From a bacterium (GTDB lineage Bacteria > Omnitrophota > Gorgyraeia > Aquiviventales > Aquiviventaceae), in assembly GCA_036396895.1 (NCBI GenBank), contig DASWKB010000004.1:8829-72828 (forward strand): 64,000 bases of DNA, written 5' to 3'. The position numbers were made by a program, and so were the translations under genes. The notes under the pieces were generated by a model. It was not told the origin of the DNA. It saw nothing but the letters and a program-made list of their open reading frames with translations, and did not search any database. Of the stretch, positions 35,981-48,067 are shown in pieces. Numbering within the stretch: position 1 is the first letter of the stretch; every line of letters begins with the position of its first letter.

Positions 35981-36562
35981 TCACCGCGCCCCGGGACGCC
36001 GTTGCGCCCGGATCACCGCCCGCAGGCGGCCCGCGGCTTCGCCGATCCGGTCGTTCACGATGAAATACTCATACGCGTTGATGGACGCGAGTTCCCGACG
36101 GGCGACGGCCATCCGCCGCCGGATCGTCGCCGACGTTTCGGTGCGCCGCGACACGAGACGACGCCTGAGCTCCGCCATGGACGGCGGCAGCAGGAACACC
36201 AGCGTCGCGCGCGCGCCGAACGCCCGGCGAATCTTCTTCGCGCCTTGCACGTCGATGCTCAACACGACGTCGCGTCCCCGGGCCAGGGCCGCCGCGACCG
36301 GCCGGCGCGGCGTGCCGTACCACGCGCCGTGCACCCGCGCCCATTCCAGCAGCCGGCCGGCCCGCTTGAGGCGCTCGAACGCCGCGGGCGACACGAACTG
36401 GTACTCCCGGCCGGCCCGCTCGCCCGACCGCGGCGCGCGCGTCGTCACCGACACCGAGCGGACCAGCCCTGGAGACGTCCGCCCGAGCTCACGCACGACC
36501 GTCGTCTTGCCGCCCCCGGAAGGGCTTGAGATCACGTACAGCCGTCCCGCGCGCCGTCTCAT
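35981..36562 (-). CDS. gmk: Guanylate kinase
   Basis: [31 protein letters not shown]. Confidence 0.9.
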   Translation of the reverse strand: MRRRAGRLYVISSPSGGGKTTVVRELGRTSPGLVRSVSVTTRAPRSGERAGREYQFVSPAAFERLKRAGRLLEWARVHGAWYGTPRRPVAAALARGRDVVLSIDVQGAKKIRRAFGARATLVFLLPPSMAELRRRLVSRRTETSATIRRRMAVARRELASINAYEYFIVNDRIGEAAGRLRAVIRAQRRPGAR

Positions 36563-36813
36563 CCGTGGCGCAAGTCCTGCAGCCGCTGCGCGACCGTCTC
36601 CGGCTGCAGACTGGACAGGATGACGTGGTCCGAATCCGTGATGATGACCGTCCGTGTCCGCCGTCCATTCGTCGCGTCGATGAGCTTGTGCTGCCGACCG
36701 GCCGCTTCCCGCAGCCGCCGGATCGGCGACGGGTCAGCCGACACCACCGCCACGATATGCGCGACCGCCACCGCGTTGTCGAATCCGATATTCAGCAGCG
36801 CACCCGAGCTCAT
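36559..36813 (-). CDS. remA: DUF370 / RemA-family regulator
   Basis: LLNIGFDN...[35 protein letters not shown] closely matches the RemA pattern. Confidence 0.85.
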   Translation of the reverse strand: MSSGALLNIGFDNAVAVAHIVAVVSADPSPIRRLREAAGRQHKLIDATNGRRTRTVIITDSDHVILSSLQPETVAQRLQDLRHG

Positions 36814-36819
36814 GCGCGG

Positions 36820-37686
36820 CTACTCGAGATTCTGCGCTTGCTCGCGGATCCGTTCGATGGCGCCCTTGATGTCGACGACGTCCTTCGACGCTTCGGGGTC
36901 GTCCACCTTCGCGCCCAGCGTGTTCGTCTCCCGCGTCAGCTCCTGCGCGATGAAGTCCAGCTGGCGCCCGACGAGCCGCCCCTGCGCGAGCGTCTGCCTG
37001 AGGTGCGCCAGGTGGCTCTCCAGCCGCACCATTTCTTCGTTGATGTCCGTTTCGCGCACGAGCGCGGCCACTTCCTGCAGCTGCGGCACGGTGCGCGAGC
37101 CCTTTGCGCCCAGCAGCTCCCGGATCCGCGCGGCGAGCTGCGCCCGCTGCGCCCGCAGCGCCCGCGGCGCGCGCCGCTTGACCGCGCGCAGCGCCCGTTC
37201 GATCACCGCCACCTGCCGGCGCAGATCCGTCGCCAGCCGCGCGCCCTCGCGCCGGCGCGTGCGCACCAGCTCCGCCAGCGCGTCCTTCGCCGCCTGTTGC
37301 ATCGGCCCCCAAAGATCGTCGGTCGTCACCCGCTCCTCGGGCAACGACACCGCGCTCGGCAGTCTGAGCAGATGATCCAGCGTGACCGGCCCTTTGAGGC
37401 CCAGCTTGGTTCTGAGCTCGAGCAGCGCCTGGTGGTACTCCGCCAGCAGGCGCTCGTCGAGCTTGACGTGCCGCCCTCCGCGTCCGTCCTGCTGGACGGT
37501 CACGCTCACTTCCACGCGCCCGCGCGCAAGGCGCTCGCGGATCAGCTCCGCCAGCCGCCCCTGCGCGGCCGCCAGGCCGGCGGGCATCCGGTAGTCGATC
37601 TCCAGATACCGGTGATTGATGCTGCGCAGCTCGACGTGCACGTCGCGGCCTCCGGCGCGAGCCGCGCCGCGGCCGTAGCCCGTCAT
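36820..37686 (-). CDS. yicC: YicC-family stress-induced protein
   Basis: In-frame start MTGYGRG at 37686; ELRSINHRYLEI; C-terminal EMVRLESHL..RETNTLGAK..IKGAIERIREQAQNLE. Confidence 0.85.
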   Translation of the reverse strand: MTGYGRGAARAGGRDVHVELRSINHRYLEIDYRMPAGLAAAQGRLAELIRERLARGRVEVSVTVQQDGRGGRHVKLDERLLAEYHQALLELRTKLGLKGPVTLDHLLRLPSAVSLPEERVTTDDLWGPMQQAAKDALAELVRTRRREGARLATDLRRQVAVIERALRAVKRRAPRALRAQRAQLAARIRELLGAKGSRTVPQLQEVAALVRETDINEEMVRLESHLAHLRQTLAQGRLVGRQLDFIAQELTRETNTLGAKVDDPEASKDVVDIKGAIERIREQAQNLE

Positions 37687-37715
37687 GCTCTGCACCGGAC
37701 TGCGCGCGCCCGGCA

Positions 37716-38198
37716 TCAGGCCTCCCGGGTCTGGAGCGCCGCCTTCGGCGCGGCCAGCAGCTCGTCGGCGGCGAACCAGAGCGCGATCTCGCGCTCGGCC
37801 TCTTCGGGCGTCGCCGAGGCGTGGATCACGTTCTCCATGATCCCTGCCTCCGTCATCCGCCCGAGCGACCCGCGGATCGATTGGGGGTCGGCCTTCTCGG
37901 GATGCGTCGCGCCCGTCACCTGCCGCACCCGCTCCACGGCCCCCGGCCCCCACAACACCAGCGCCAGCACGTAGCGGACGCCGTGGATTTCCCCGCTCAG
38001 GTGCCGGATCAGGTCCTCAAAGAACGGCTTCGTCTTCAGGTGCTGATAGTGCTCTTCGGCGAGCTCCCGGCTCACGCGCACCGTCTTCGCCCCCAAGATC
38101 TCCAGCCGCAGCGGCTCGAGTTTCGACAGCGCCGCGCCCACTTGGCCGCGCTGAATGGCATCGGGCTTGAAAATCACCAGAGTCGATTCGTTCGCCAT
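37716..38198 (-). CDS. ndk: Nucleoside diphosphate kinase
   Basis: TLVIFKPDAIQRG, PFFEDL, NVIHAS active-site His, EREIALWF. Start at the internal ATG 38198. Confidence 0.8.
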   Translation of the reverse strand: MANESTLVIFKPDAIQRGQVGAALSKLEPLRLEILGAKTVRVSRELAEEHYQHLKTKPFFEDLIRHLSGEIHGVRYVLALVLWGPGAVERVRQVTGATHPEKADPQSIRGSLGRMTEAGIMENVIHASATPEEAEREIALWFAADELLAAPKAALQTREA

Positions 38199-39058
38199 CA
38201 GACGGTCCCGCACAAACGCTCGATGAGGCGGTTGAGATCCTCCGTCGAATAATACTCGATCACGATCTTCCCTCGCGAGCCGCGGCTCAGGACGCCGACT
38301 TTCGTGCCCAGCGCCTGACGCAGCTGCGCTTCGAGCGCCGCGGCATCGGTGTTCGGCTCCTTCCGCGCGCGCCCTGCGCCCGAAGACGCTGCGTGCTCAA
38401 GCTGACGCACCGACCATCCGCGCGCCACCGTCTGCGCGCACAACGCCTCCTGACGGTTCGGGAGCTCGATGCCCGCCAGCACCTTCGCGTGGCCGAGAGC
38501 AATGGTCCCCTCCGCCAGCGCGCTCTGGACGCGCTCCGGTAGACGCAACACGCGAAGCAGATTCGCCACGGTCGCCCGGTCCTTCCCGACGGCGTCCGCC
38601 ACATTCTCCTGTGTGTACCCGAACTCGTCAAGCAATCTTGCGTAACCCTTGGCTTCCTCGATCGGATTCAGGTCTTCCCGCTGGATGTTTTCGATCAGAG
38701 AATATTCTAGGGCCTCGCGGTTAGAGAGCTCCCGGACTAGAGCCGGGATGGTCCGCATGCCGAGCGCCTTCGCCGCCTGCCACCGGCGCTCCCCGGCCAC
38801 GAGCTCAAAGCCTCCGGACGGAATTGGACGGACGATGACCGGCTCTATAACCCCTTGCCGGCGAATGGATTCCTTCAGCTCATCGAGCTTTGAAGTGCCG
38901 ATCATCCGGCGCGGTTGATATTGTCCTTCTCGGATCTCATCCGGGGCAATCATCCTCAACCCTTCCAGATGCGACGCCGCCTTTGACTCATCGACCTCCC
39001 GCGCTTCCTGCGTTGGCCCGATCAAATCCGCAAGTCCACGTCCAAGTCGCTTTGTCAT
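38198..39058 (-). CDS. parB: Chromosome partitioning protein ParB
   Basis: RLGRGLADLI, GVIEPVIVRP...FELVAGERRWQAAK, HTH TQENVADAVGKDRATVANLLRVLRL. ATGA overlap with the parA stop. Confidence 0.9.
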   Translation of the reverse strand: MTKRLGRGLADLIGPTQEAREVDESKAASHLEGLRMIAPDEIREGQYQPRRMIGTSKLDELKESIRRQGVIEPVIVRPIPSGGFELVAGERRWQAAKALGMRTIPALVRELSNREALEYSLIENIQREDLNPIEEAKGYARLLDEFGYTQENVADAVGKDRATVANLLRVLRLPERVQSALAEGTIALGHAKVLAGIELPNRQEALCAQTVARGWSVRQLEHAASSGAGRARKEPNTDAAALEAQLRQALGTKVGVLSRGSRGKIVIEYYSTEDLNRLIERLCGTV

Positions 39059-39852
39059 GTTCCCACCGCCTGTTGCTCCGACCGCACACCAATGCCGCAA
39101 CGCATCATAACCTCTTGTGCAAGAAGCTGATACGATATTGCACCAGGCGAGTTCGGATCGTACAGGCAGATGGGCTTGCCGAAGCTCGGGGCCTCGGCGA
39201 GCCGGATATTTCTTGGTATCGCCGTCTCGAACACCGCCTCTTTGAAATAGCTGCGAACTTCCTCGGCGACTTCCCTGTTGAGTCTCGACCGGAAGTCAGT
39301 CATCGTCAAGACAATTCCGCCAAGTTGCAATGCCGGATTCAGATTCTTTTTGACGAGTTCGATCGCTCGCATGAGCGAGTTTAAACCCTCAAGAGCCAAG
39401 TACTCGCACTGTACTGGAACAATGGCTTTTTCAGCCGCGACCATGGCATTGACTGTGATCAGTCCCAGAGACGGTGGACAATCGAAAATCACACATTCAT
39501 ATTCCTGTCTGACCGCATCGCACGCCCGCCTGATGACGAATTCTCGTCCTGACAGTGTCGCAAGATACGGCTCGGCTCCTGCCAACTCAATGCTTGACGG
39601 CACAAGATCAAGCCGGTCGACGGGAGTTTGAATGACGGCTTCGCGCAATGGAACATCGTTGATGATCGCCTGATACACGTCCCTGGCGAGATTGCGAGGC
39701 GCCCCGCAGGAGGTCGAGGCGTTCCCCTGCGCATCAAGATCTACCAGGAGGGTCTTGCGACCGGAGAGAGCGATGTACGATGCAATATTCACGGCGGTGG
39801 TCGACTTTCCAACACCGCCCTTCTGATTGCACACGGCAAGAACTGAGCCCAT
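39055..39852 (-). CDS. parA: Chromosome partitioning ATPase ParA/Soj
   Basis: VLAVCNQKGGVGKSTTAVNIA deviant Walker A; LLVDLDAQGNAS. Start at ATG 39852; the listed start lies inside the parS palindrome. Confidence 0.9.
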   Translation of the reverse strand: MGSVLAVCNQKGGVGKSTTAVNIASYIALSGRKTLLVDLDAQGNASTSCGAPRNLARDVYQAIINDVPLREAVIQTPVDRLDLVPSSIELAGAEPYLATLSGREFVIRRACDAVRQEYECVIFDCPPSLGLITVNAMVAAEKAIVPVQCEYLALEGLNSLMRAIELVKKNLNPALQLGGIVLTMTDFRSRLNREVAEEVRSYFKEAVFETAIPRNIRLAEAPSFGKPICLYDPNSPGAISYQLLAQEVMMRCGIGVRSEQQAVGT

Positions 39853-39862
39853 AGTTCTCCAA

Positions 39863-39878
39863 TGTTCCACGTGGAACA
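39863..39878. promoter_or_regulatory. parS: parS site (perfect 16-bp palindrome)
   Basis: TGTTCCACGTGGAACA, versus the known parS consensus tGTTNCACGTGAAACa. Lies 10 nt upstream of parA. Confidence 0.8.
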
Positions 39879-39959
39879 ATTGCGCAACTGCTTCGCCTGC
39901 ATTCTATACTGATAATCATAAATTGCAACTGAAATCCGGCAACGCAACCAGCAAACAGA

Positions 39960-39979
39960 TTATGCACACCTGTGGATAA
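39960..39979. promoter_or_regulatory. Two convergent DnaA boxes
   Basis: TTATGCACA (39960-39968) and TGTGGATAA, the reverse complement of TTATCCACA (39971-39979). An AT-rich stretch at 39901-39935 lies just upstream. Confidence 0.6.
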
Positions 39980-39986
39980 CCTGTGA

Positions 39987-41522
39987 TTACTTTGCGACCC
40001 TATATATAGCAATTGAGAGCAGGCTGTTCACGACCCAATAGAGCATGAGGGAAGACGGCAGATTGTAACACATGACAAGGAACATCGCCGGCATCAGAGG
40101 TCCAGACATAAGTTTTGCTCCAGGAGCATTGGATTGAACCTTGGAGGCCCCTTGCGACATTTTCGTCTGTAGATACATTCCGAAACCCATGATAATGGGA
40201 AGAATATTGAAATCGCCACCAAACCACGGAATGGTAAATGGCAGTGAAAACAGTTTGTCCGGTAGCGAGAGATCCTTTATCCACAGGAATCCCGCACCAC
40301 GCAGAGCGATGTAATGCGGAATCGCTCTGAAGAATGCGATGATGACAGGGAACTGAACGAGCATGGGAAGGCAGCCGCCAAGAGGGCTCACCTTATGCTC
40401 CTTGTATAGTGCAAATACTTCCCGCTGAGCACGTTGTGGATCTGACTTGTATTTTTCCATTATGGCCTGTTGCCGCGGCTGCAGCTCTTGAAGCTTACGG
40501 ATTGACCTAAAACCCATCAGGCTGAACGGAGCCATGATGATCGTTACAAGGCACGCAAAGAGTATGATTGAGACGCCGTAATTGCCAGTGATGCCTGCAG
40601 CCCACCCAAGGAAGCTCAGCATCATAAGTCCGATCTTCCCAAGGATGCCTACTGGGATTGCCTCATCAAATCCGGCATTAGTCATGTAGAAATAATCTCT
40701 TGGACCGAAATACAATGAGAGCTCATTTGAGGATTCAATGGTCGATTTAGTGGCGATGAGATTGGATGGAGATGCAAGAATCACGCTTTGAGCAAAACCA
40801 GCTGATGGTTTGAGGGACTGGCAAAAATAAGTCTCAGCTAGAGTTAGGAATAATGTTCCACGTGGAACATTTTTGATCTTCTTCTGGACTCCGAATGACT
40901 TATGCGAGCGCTTTCCGTCCTCCTGATCAGCGACCACAGCGATCGCCTCAAGTCGCGAGAATCGATCGCCATCGCCACCTCGCTCCATTTGCCAGACCTG
41001 AAAAGCCGTGAAAGGCTGCCCAGCTGCTCCAGTGAGCCGCACGTGCACCACGGGTCGCTTTTGATCAATATCAAACGCAAGCTGGAAGTGCGTTGACCCT
41101 CTTGACCGACCTGAAAGAAGAATTTGGCCTGGGCCTCTGTTATCCAGTTGCCACTCAATACCTTCATTTCCCACGTGGAATTGTACAAGCGGAATGTCGC
41201 CACCGAAATCGACTCGTGCTGTATCCCCATCAACACTGAAGTCTTTCAATACGACTCGGCGGATTGATCCAGACGTAACACCAATGCTCACAGCTAGTTG
41301 CTGGGATTCAATAATGGCAGTTTTCTCTTCAGGGGCAGGGGAGAGCACCGCATTAGCATCAACGTCGGCAAGCGGCGCTGCAACAGGCGTTGACGCGTCT
41401 GTTTGAGATGGATCGGTCGCATGTTTGACAGGAATCCGATCCACCGATTTTGTGAACACAGGCATATAGAGCGAAAGAAAAATTGCAGAGATGACCGCCG
41501 CAAGAATGATTCGTCGCTCCAT
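39987..41522 (-). CDS. yidC: Membrane protein insertase YidC
   Basis: NYGVSIILFACLVTIIMAPFS, LQELQPRQQAIMEKYKSDPQRAQREVFALYKEHKVSPLGGCLPMLVQFPV. Confidence 0.9.
   Translation of the reverse strand: MERRIILAAVISAIFLSLYMPVFTKSVDRIPVKHATDPSQTDASTPVAAPLADVDANAVLSPAPEEKTAIIESQQLAVSIGVTSGSIRRVVLKDFSVDGDTARVDFGGDIPLVQFHVGNEGIEWQLDNRGPGQILLSGRSRGSTHFQLAFDIDQKRPVVHVRLTGAAGQPFTAFQVWQMERGGDGDRFSRLEAIAVVADQEDGKRSHKSFGVQKKIKNVPRGTLFLTLAETYFCQSLKPSAGFAQSVILASPSNLIATKSTIESSNELSLYFGPRDYFYMTNAGFDEAIPVGILGKIGLMMLSFLGWAAGITGNYGVSIILFACLVTIIMAPFSLMGFRSIRKLQELQPRQQAIMEKYKSDPQRAQREVFALYKEHKVSPLGGCLPMLVQFPVIIAFFRAIPHYIALRGAGFLWIKDLSLPDKLFSLPFTIPWFGGDFNILPIIMGFGMYLQTKMSQGASKVQSNAPGAKLMSGPLMPAMFLVMCYNLPSSLMLYWVVNSLLSIAIYRVAK
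40854..40869. promoter_or_regulatory. parS: Second parS site, inside the yidC coding sequence
   Basis: Identical TGTTCCACGTGGAACA. Confidence 0.75.
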
Positions 41523-41529
41523 CAGAGCC

Positions 41530-41763
41530 TCATTTCACCGGATCGTATCCGCACTCGCCAAACGGCCGGCATCGAACCAGGCGTCTCAGCGTCATCCATG
41601 ATCCACGCAGCGCCCCATGCTGTCTGAGCGCTTCCGTCGCATATTCCGAGCAGCTAGGGACGAACCTGCACTCGCATAACATCATGGCAGGACGAATGTT
41701 ACGATAAGCCTTGACTGCGGTGATCAATGCGGTACTCGGGAAATTAGCCCAGCTCGAGTGCAT
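41530..41763 (-). CDS. yidD: Membrane protein insertion efficiency factor YidD
   Basis: CRFVPSCSEYATEALRQHG...RLVRCRPFGECGYDPV. Start uncertain (41763 or 41802). Confidence 0.85.
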   Translation of the reverse strand: MHSSWANFPSTALITAVKAYRNIRPAMMLCECRFVPSCSEYATEALRQHGALRGSWMTLRRLVRCRPFGECGYDPVK

Positions 41764-42071
41764 AATGTCACGACCTCCTCCTGGAACTCCGACGGCGGGC
41801 ACGTCTCCGCCGGCGGCCGGATCAGGATGACGATATCGTTTCCTGGAAGGAACCGCCTGTTGGAATCGAACAGGGCTGTGCGCAACACACGCTTCAACCT
41901 GTTGCGCGACACGGCTCGGCGAATGCCGCGGTGAGTTCGTAACCCGATTCGCGCGTCAAGCCGGTCCGTCCCGACGAACCCGACGGATGCCGCACGTCCG
42001 TGCACCCATGATCCGCACCGGGACACCTCGCGAAATGCCTTGGTCCGCTTCAACGGCACCGTCGGGGACAT
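41724..42071 (-). CDS. rnpA: Ribonuclease P protein component
   Basis: RAVSRNRLKRVLRTAL motif; position between rpmH and yidD. Confidence 0.8.
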   Translation of the reverse strand: MSPTVPLKRTKAFREVSRCGSWVHGRAASVGFVGTDRLDARIGLRTHRGIRRAVSRNRLKRVLRTALFDSNRRFLPGNDIVILIRPPAETCPPSEFQEEVVTLCTRAGLISRVPH

Positions 42072-42116
42072 GCGGCTCCGGCATGCGAATGGCGCGGTGA
42101 GATTCCGCGCGGGACG

Positions 42117-42257
42117 TCACTCGGGTATGAGCTGCCAGCGGCCCTTGCGACGGCGCCGCTGGAGGGTCTTCCGGCCGCCGGATGTCGCCATCCGTCTCAG
42201 GAAGCCATGCGTTCTGGCGCGCTTGAGGTTGGATTTGTTCTTCAGGTGTTTTTTCAT
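42117..42257 (-). CDS. rpmH: 50S ribosomal protein L34 (not in the ORF track, 46 aa)
   Basis: Manual translation: [46 protein letters not shown]-stop. Confidence 0.9.
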   Translation of the reverse strand: MKKHLKNKSNLKRARTHGFLRRMATSGGRKTLQRRRRKGRWQLIPE

Positions 42258-42307
42258 GTTGCGCGCATTATACGGACTCGGATGCGCGCAACGCAAGGAG
42301 AAACAGC

Positions 42308-42336
42308 TTGAGCGCGGTTAACGCACTCGCTATAAT
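42308..42336 (+). promoter_or_regulatory. Candidate sigma70-type promoter for dnaA
   Basis: TTGAGC - 17 nt - TATAAT, 42 nt upstream of the dnaA ATG. Confidence 0.5.
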
Positions 42337-42377
42337 AGTCGGGCTTCCAAGGGACACCGCCACACGGCTGCCGGTGC

Positions 42378-43769
42378 ATGGCCTGTGGAAAACGTGTGAA
42401 GGCTGTGGAAAACCCTCCTTTTGATTGGTCTCAGACCCAGTCGGAGTTACGGGAACGGCTTGGTTCCGACGTTGTGGACCGCTGGCTCGAGCCGCTGAGG
42501 ATCTCCAGCGTCTCGGACGAGCAGGTCGTGCTCGAGGCCCCCAACCAGTTTTTCCGCGATTGGGTCGCGTCGCATTACCTGGAAACGCTCAGGCAGTACT
42601 CCGGAAGCCGCGCCGTGCAGGTTGTGGTCGCCACAGCGTCCACCTCCTCCGTCCCCGCCGCGGCGGCCCTACGCCCTCCTCCGGAAGAGTCGGGGCCTCC
42701 GGGGCCCGGGCCCGACGCGTCTTCGTCCAGGTCGTGGGACGGGGGATTGAACAGGAAGTTTACGCTCGAGCGCTTTGTCGTCGGACCCAGCAACCGGTTT
42801 GCGCACGCCGCATCGCTGGCCGTCGCGGAATCGCCCGCGCGAGCCTACAACCCGCTGTTCATCTATGGGGGCGTGGGCATGGGCAAGACCCATCTCATGC
42901 AGGCGATCGGCCACGCGATCCTTCAGCGCTGGCCGGACCGCCGGGTCGTCTATCTCTCCAGCGAGCAGTTCGCGAACGAGCTGATTCTTGCGATCCAGGT
43001 CCGGCAGACGCCCCGGTTCCGCGAACGCTACCGCACCGTTGACGTGCTCCTGGTGGACGACATCCATTTTATCGCCGGCAAGGAGGCGACCCAGGAAGAG
43101 TTTTTCCACACCTTCAACACGCTGTACGACGCGCACAAACAAATCATCATGTCCAGCGACCGCTCTCCGAAGGATATCCCCGGCCTCGAAGACCGGCTGG
43201 TGTCCCGGTTCGAATGGGGGCTCGTGACGGACATCCAGCCGCCGGATCTGGAGACGCGCACCGCCATCGTCCGCAAAAAAGCGGAGGAATCGAACGTGGA
43301 GGTCCCGGACGCGGTCACCGCGTTCATCGCGGAGCAGATCTCATCGAACATCCGGGAACTCGAGGGCGCGCTGATCCGCGTCATCGCCTACTGCGACTTT
43401 TTCAACAAGCCGCGGACGGTCGAGACCGCGCAGGAAGTGCTCAAAGACATGGTGCGGGAGGTGAGCTCGCGCGTCACGATCGACATGGTGCAGGAGCGGG
43501 TGGCGGAATACTTCCGCGTGGAGTTGCGCGAGATCCGCGGGATCAAGCGCCAGCGGTCGATCTTATTCCCTCGGCAAATCGCCATGTACCTGAGCCGCCG
43601 GCTGACGGACGCGTCGCTGCCGGAGATCGGTCGCGCCTTCGGCGGACGTGATCACACCACCGTCTTACATGCGGTTGACAAGATCGAGCGGGAAATTACA
43701 CAGGATCCGCACAAGCGCGCGGCGGTGGACCGCCTGCAAGAGCTCGTCGTGGAAGCATCCCGGCGCTGA
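42378..43769 (+). CDS. dnaA: Chromosomal replication initiator DnaA
   Basis: [58 protein letters not shown]-terminal [18 protein letters not shown]. The start could be a few codons downstream. Confidence 0.95.
   Translation: MACGKRVKAVENPPFDWSQTQSELRERLGSDVVDRWLEPLRISSVSDEQVVLEAPNQFFRDWVASHYLETLRQYSGSRAVQVVVATASTSSVPAAAALRPPPEESGPPGPGPDASSSRSWDGGLNRKFTLERFVVGPSNRFAHAASLAVAESPARAYNPLFIYGGVGMGKTHLMQAIGHAILQRWPDRRVVYLSSEQFANELILAIQVRQTPRFRERYRTVDVLLVDDIHFIAGKEATQEEFFHTFNTLYDAHKQIIMSSDRSPKDIPGLEDRLVSRFEWGLVTDIQPPDLETRTAIVRKKAEESNVEVPDAVTAFIAEQISSNIRELEGALIRVIAYCDFFNKPRTVETAQEVLKDMVREVSSRVTIDMVQERVAEYFRVELREIRGIKRQRSILFPRQIAMYLSRRLTDASLPEIGRAFGGRDHTTVLHAVDKIEREITQDPHKRAAVDRLQELVVEASRR
42384..42412. 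promoter_or_regulatory. Two direct DnaA-box-like sites overlapping the dnaA start
   Basis: TGTGGAAAA, the reverse complement of TTTTCCACA, at 42384-42392 and 42404-42412. Confidence 0.5.
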
Positions 43770-43920
43770 ATCATTGTCGCGGTCCGCACAGAGTGCACAA
43801 GCCCGGCGAGTACCACGGCGGCTAATTGTTTCTTAAGAATAAAAACTAACCGTATTAAGGGGTGTGGAATGTGGGGAAACGGTGGAGAACGCCCGTGAGC
43901 CCGTCGGGAGGCGAGTGAGC

Positions 43921-45024
43921 ATGCGCATCAGTCTTCCGCAGCCGCAGCTGCTTCGGCATTTACAGATGGTGGAGCACGCCGTGAACGATCGGAGCACGCT
44001 GCCGATCCTGTCGAATGTCTTGGTGCAGGTGGAGGGGAACGAGGTGGTGCTGACCGCGACGGATCTCGATGTGGGGATCCAGTGCCGGTTCCCGCTCGGC
44101 CAGGCGGCGGCACCGGGTGCGGTGGCGCTCCCGGCAAGGAAGCTGACGACCATTATCCGGGAACTGCCTGAGGAGGTGGTTCAGCTCGAAGCGAAGAAGA
44201 ACCACACGGCCACGGTGAATTGCGGCCGGAGTAACTTCAGGATCCCGGGTCTTCCTCCGGAAGATTTTCCTGTGTTGCCTGTCGCCGAGTCCGGGGCGTG
44301 GTGCGCGATTTCCCAGGGGACCCTGAAGGCGCTCCTGGACCGGACGATGTACGCGATGTCGCTTGAAGAGACGCGGTTTATCCTGAACGGGACGCTGTGC
44401 ATCGCTGAGAAGGACACGCTGAAACTTGTGGCGACAGACGGCCGGAGGCTGGCGATCGCGAGCGGGGCACTGGTGAAAGCGGCGCCGGAGCCGTTTCAAG
44501 TCGTCGTGCCGGCGAAAGCGGTCAAGGAGCTCTCCCGGTTATTGGACCGGGCGGAGCCCGGAGAGGTGGAACTCGCGCCGTTGAAGGACAACCAGTTCAT
44601 GTTCAAATTCGGCGGGGCCACGCTGATGACCCGGCTGATCGACGGGCAGTTCCCGCAGTACGATAAAGTCGTGCCGCCGGCCACCAAGCAGGCATTCAGT
44701 TGCCGGCGGGAACTCCTGGCGAACGCGGTCCGGCGCGCAAGCCTCATGACCACGGCCACCTCGCAAGCGGTCGTCTTCGAGCTCTCGGAGAACCTGCTGG
44801 TCGTCTCGAAGGAGTCTCCGGAGGTCGGCAGCGCCCGCGAGGAAATCCAGGTATCCTACGGCGGCGAGGCGATGACGGTCGCGTTCAACCCCGAGTTCTG
44901 GCTCGACGTGCTCAAGGTGCTGGACGGCGACGAGGTGAAGATCGAAGTCGGCGGCGCGGACCGTCCGGCGGTGATCCGGGAGCCGGAGTTCACGTACATC
45001 GTGCTGCCGATGCGCATCAGCTGA
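43921..45024 (+). CDS. dnaN: DNA polymerase III beta sliding clamp
   Basis: In-frame ATG 43921 preceded by GGGAGG. MRISLPQPQLL..VEHAVNDRSTLPILSNVLV; C-terminal PAVIREPEFTYIVLPMRI. Confidence 0.9.
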   Translation: MRISLPQPQLLRHLQMVEHAVNDRSTLPILSNVLVQVEGNEVVLTATDLDVGIQCRFPLGQAAAPGAVALPARKLTTIIRELPEEVVQLEAKKNHTATVNCGRSNFRIPGLPPEDFPVLPVAESGAWCAISQGTLKALLDRTMYAMSLEETRFILNGTLCIAEKDTLKLVATDGRRLAIASGALVKAAPEPFQVVVPAKAVKELSRLLDRAEPGEVELAPLKDNQFMFKFGGATLMTRLIDGQFPQYDKVVPPATKQAFSCRRELLANAVRRASLMTTATSQAVVFELSENLLVVSKESPEVGSAREEIQVSYGGEAMTVAFNPEFWLDVLKVLDGDEVKIEVGGADRPAVIREPEFTYIVLPMRIS

Positions 45025-45026
45025 CG

Positions 45027-45311
45027 ATGGCTGAGCGGATCGGCGCGGTCATCAGGGAATTGATCGGCCAGGCGCAGGCCGCCCAGGCGCCGCTCTTTGC
45101 GATTCAGCGGCAGTGGCGGGAGCTGGTGGGCCCGGCGCTGGCGGCGCACTCGAAGCCCGTGCGCCTTGCGCGGGGCCGGCTGACGGTTCATGTGCACCAG
45201 CCCGGGGACGCCTTCGCGTTCAACTACCGGAGGCGGGACATCCTCGAGGCGCTCAGGCGCGAACCCGCCTGGCAGGTCAGCGAGCTCGTGATCCGGCCCG
45301 GTTCCCTATGA
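45027..45311 (+). CDS. DUF721-type small protein (occupies the slot between dnaN and gyrB; no recF here)
   Basis: 94 aa from the in-frame ATG 45027: W.ELVGPALAAHSKPVRLARGRLTVHV..AFAFNYRRRDILEAL. Confidence 0.6.
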   Translation: MAERIGAVIRELIGQAQAAQAPLFAIQRQWRELVGPALAAHSKPVRLARGRLTVHVHQPGDAFAFNYRRRDILEALRREPAWQVSELVIRPGSL

Positions 45312-45400
45312 CACAGAGGCACAGAGAGCCGAGCACACCACAGAGGACACAGAAACGAACGTCGGGACGCCTCTGTATGGATGCTGTGACCTCTGTGGCG
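45311..45400. repeat. Word-built inverted repeat, CACAGAG family
   Basis: ACACAGAGGCACAGAGAGCCGAGCACACCACAGAGGACACAGAA - loop - GCCTCTGTATGGATGCTGTGACCTCTGTGGCG. Confidence 0.8.
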
Positions 45401-45600
45401 CGGAAGCGCCATGGGGTATTTGGTTGATAGGCAGCGGGCGCTCCGCACGGGAGACATCGTCGCCGTGCTGAGCGTGCGCTGGCGCCGGATCCGCAGCCGC
45501 GTCATCCTCAAGGACAACAGTTTGTATCAGACGCTGACCCGTCCCGGCGTGCTCGCCGGGAGGGCGGACCCATCCGGCGTGTGGATGCCGGGACGAGTGA

Positions 45601-48054
<2,454 letters not shown>

Positions 48055-48067
48055 GGGCCAACCGCAC

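Noticed and set aside
41165-41185. Third parS-like sequence TTCCCACGTGGAATT inside yidC
   Set aside because: It shares only the CACGTG core plus a few bases. An extra C breaks the half-site spacing, and it is not a match to TGTTNCACGTGNAACA.
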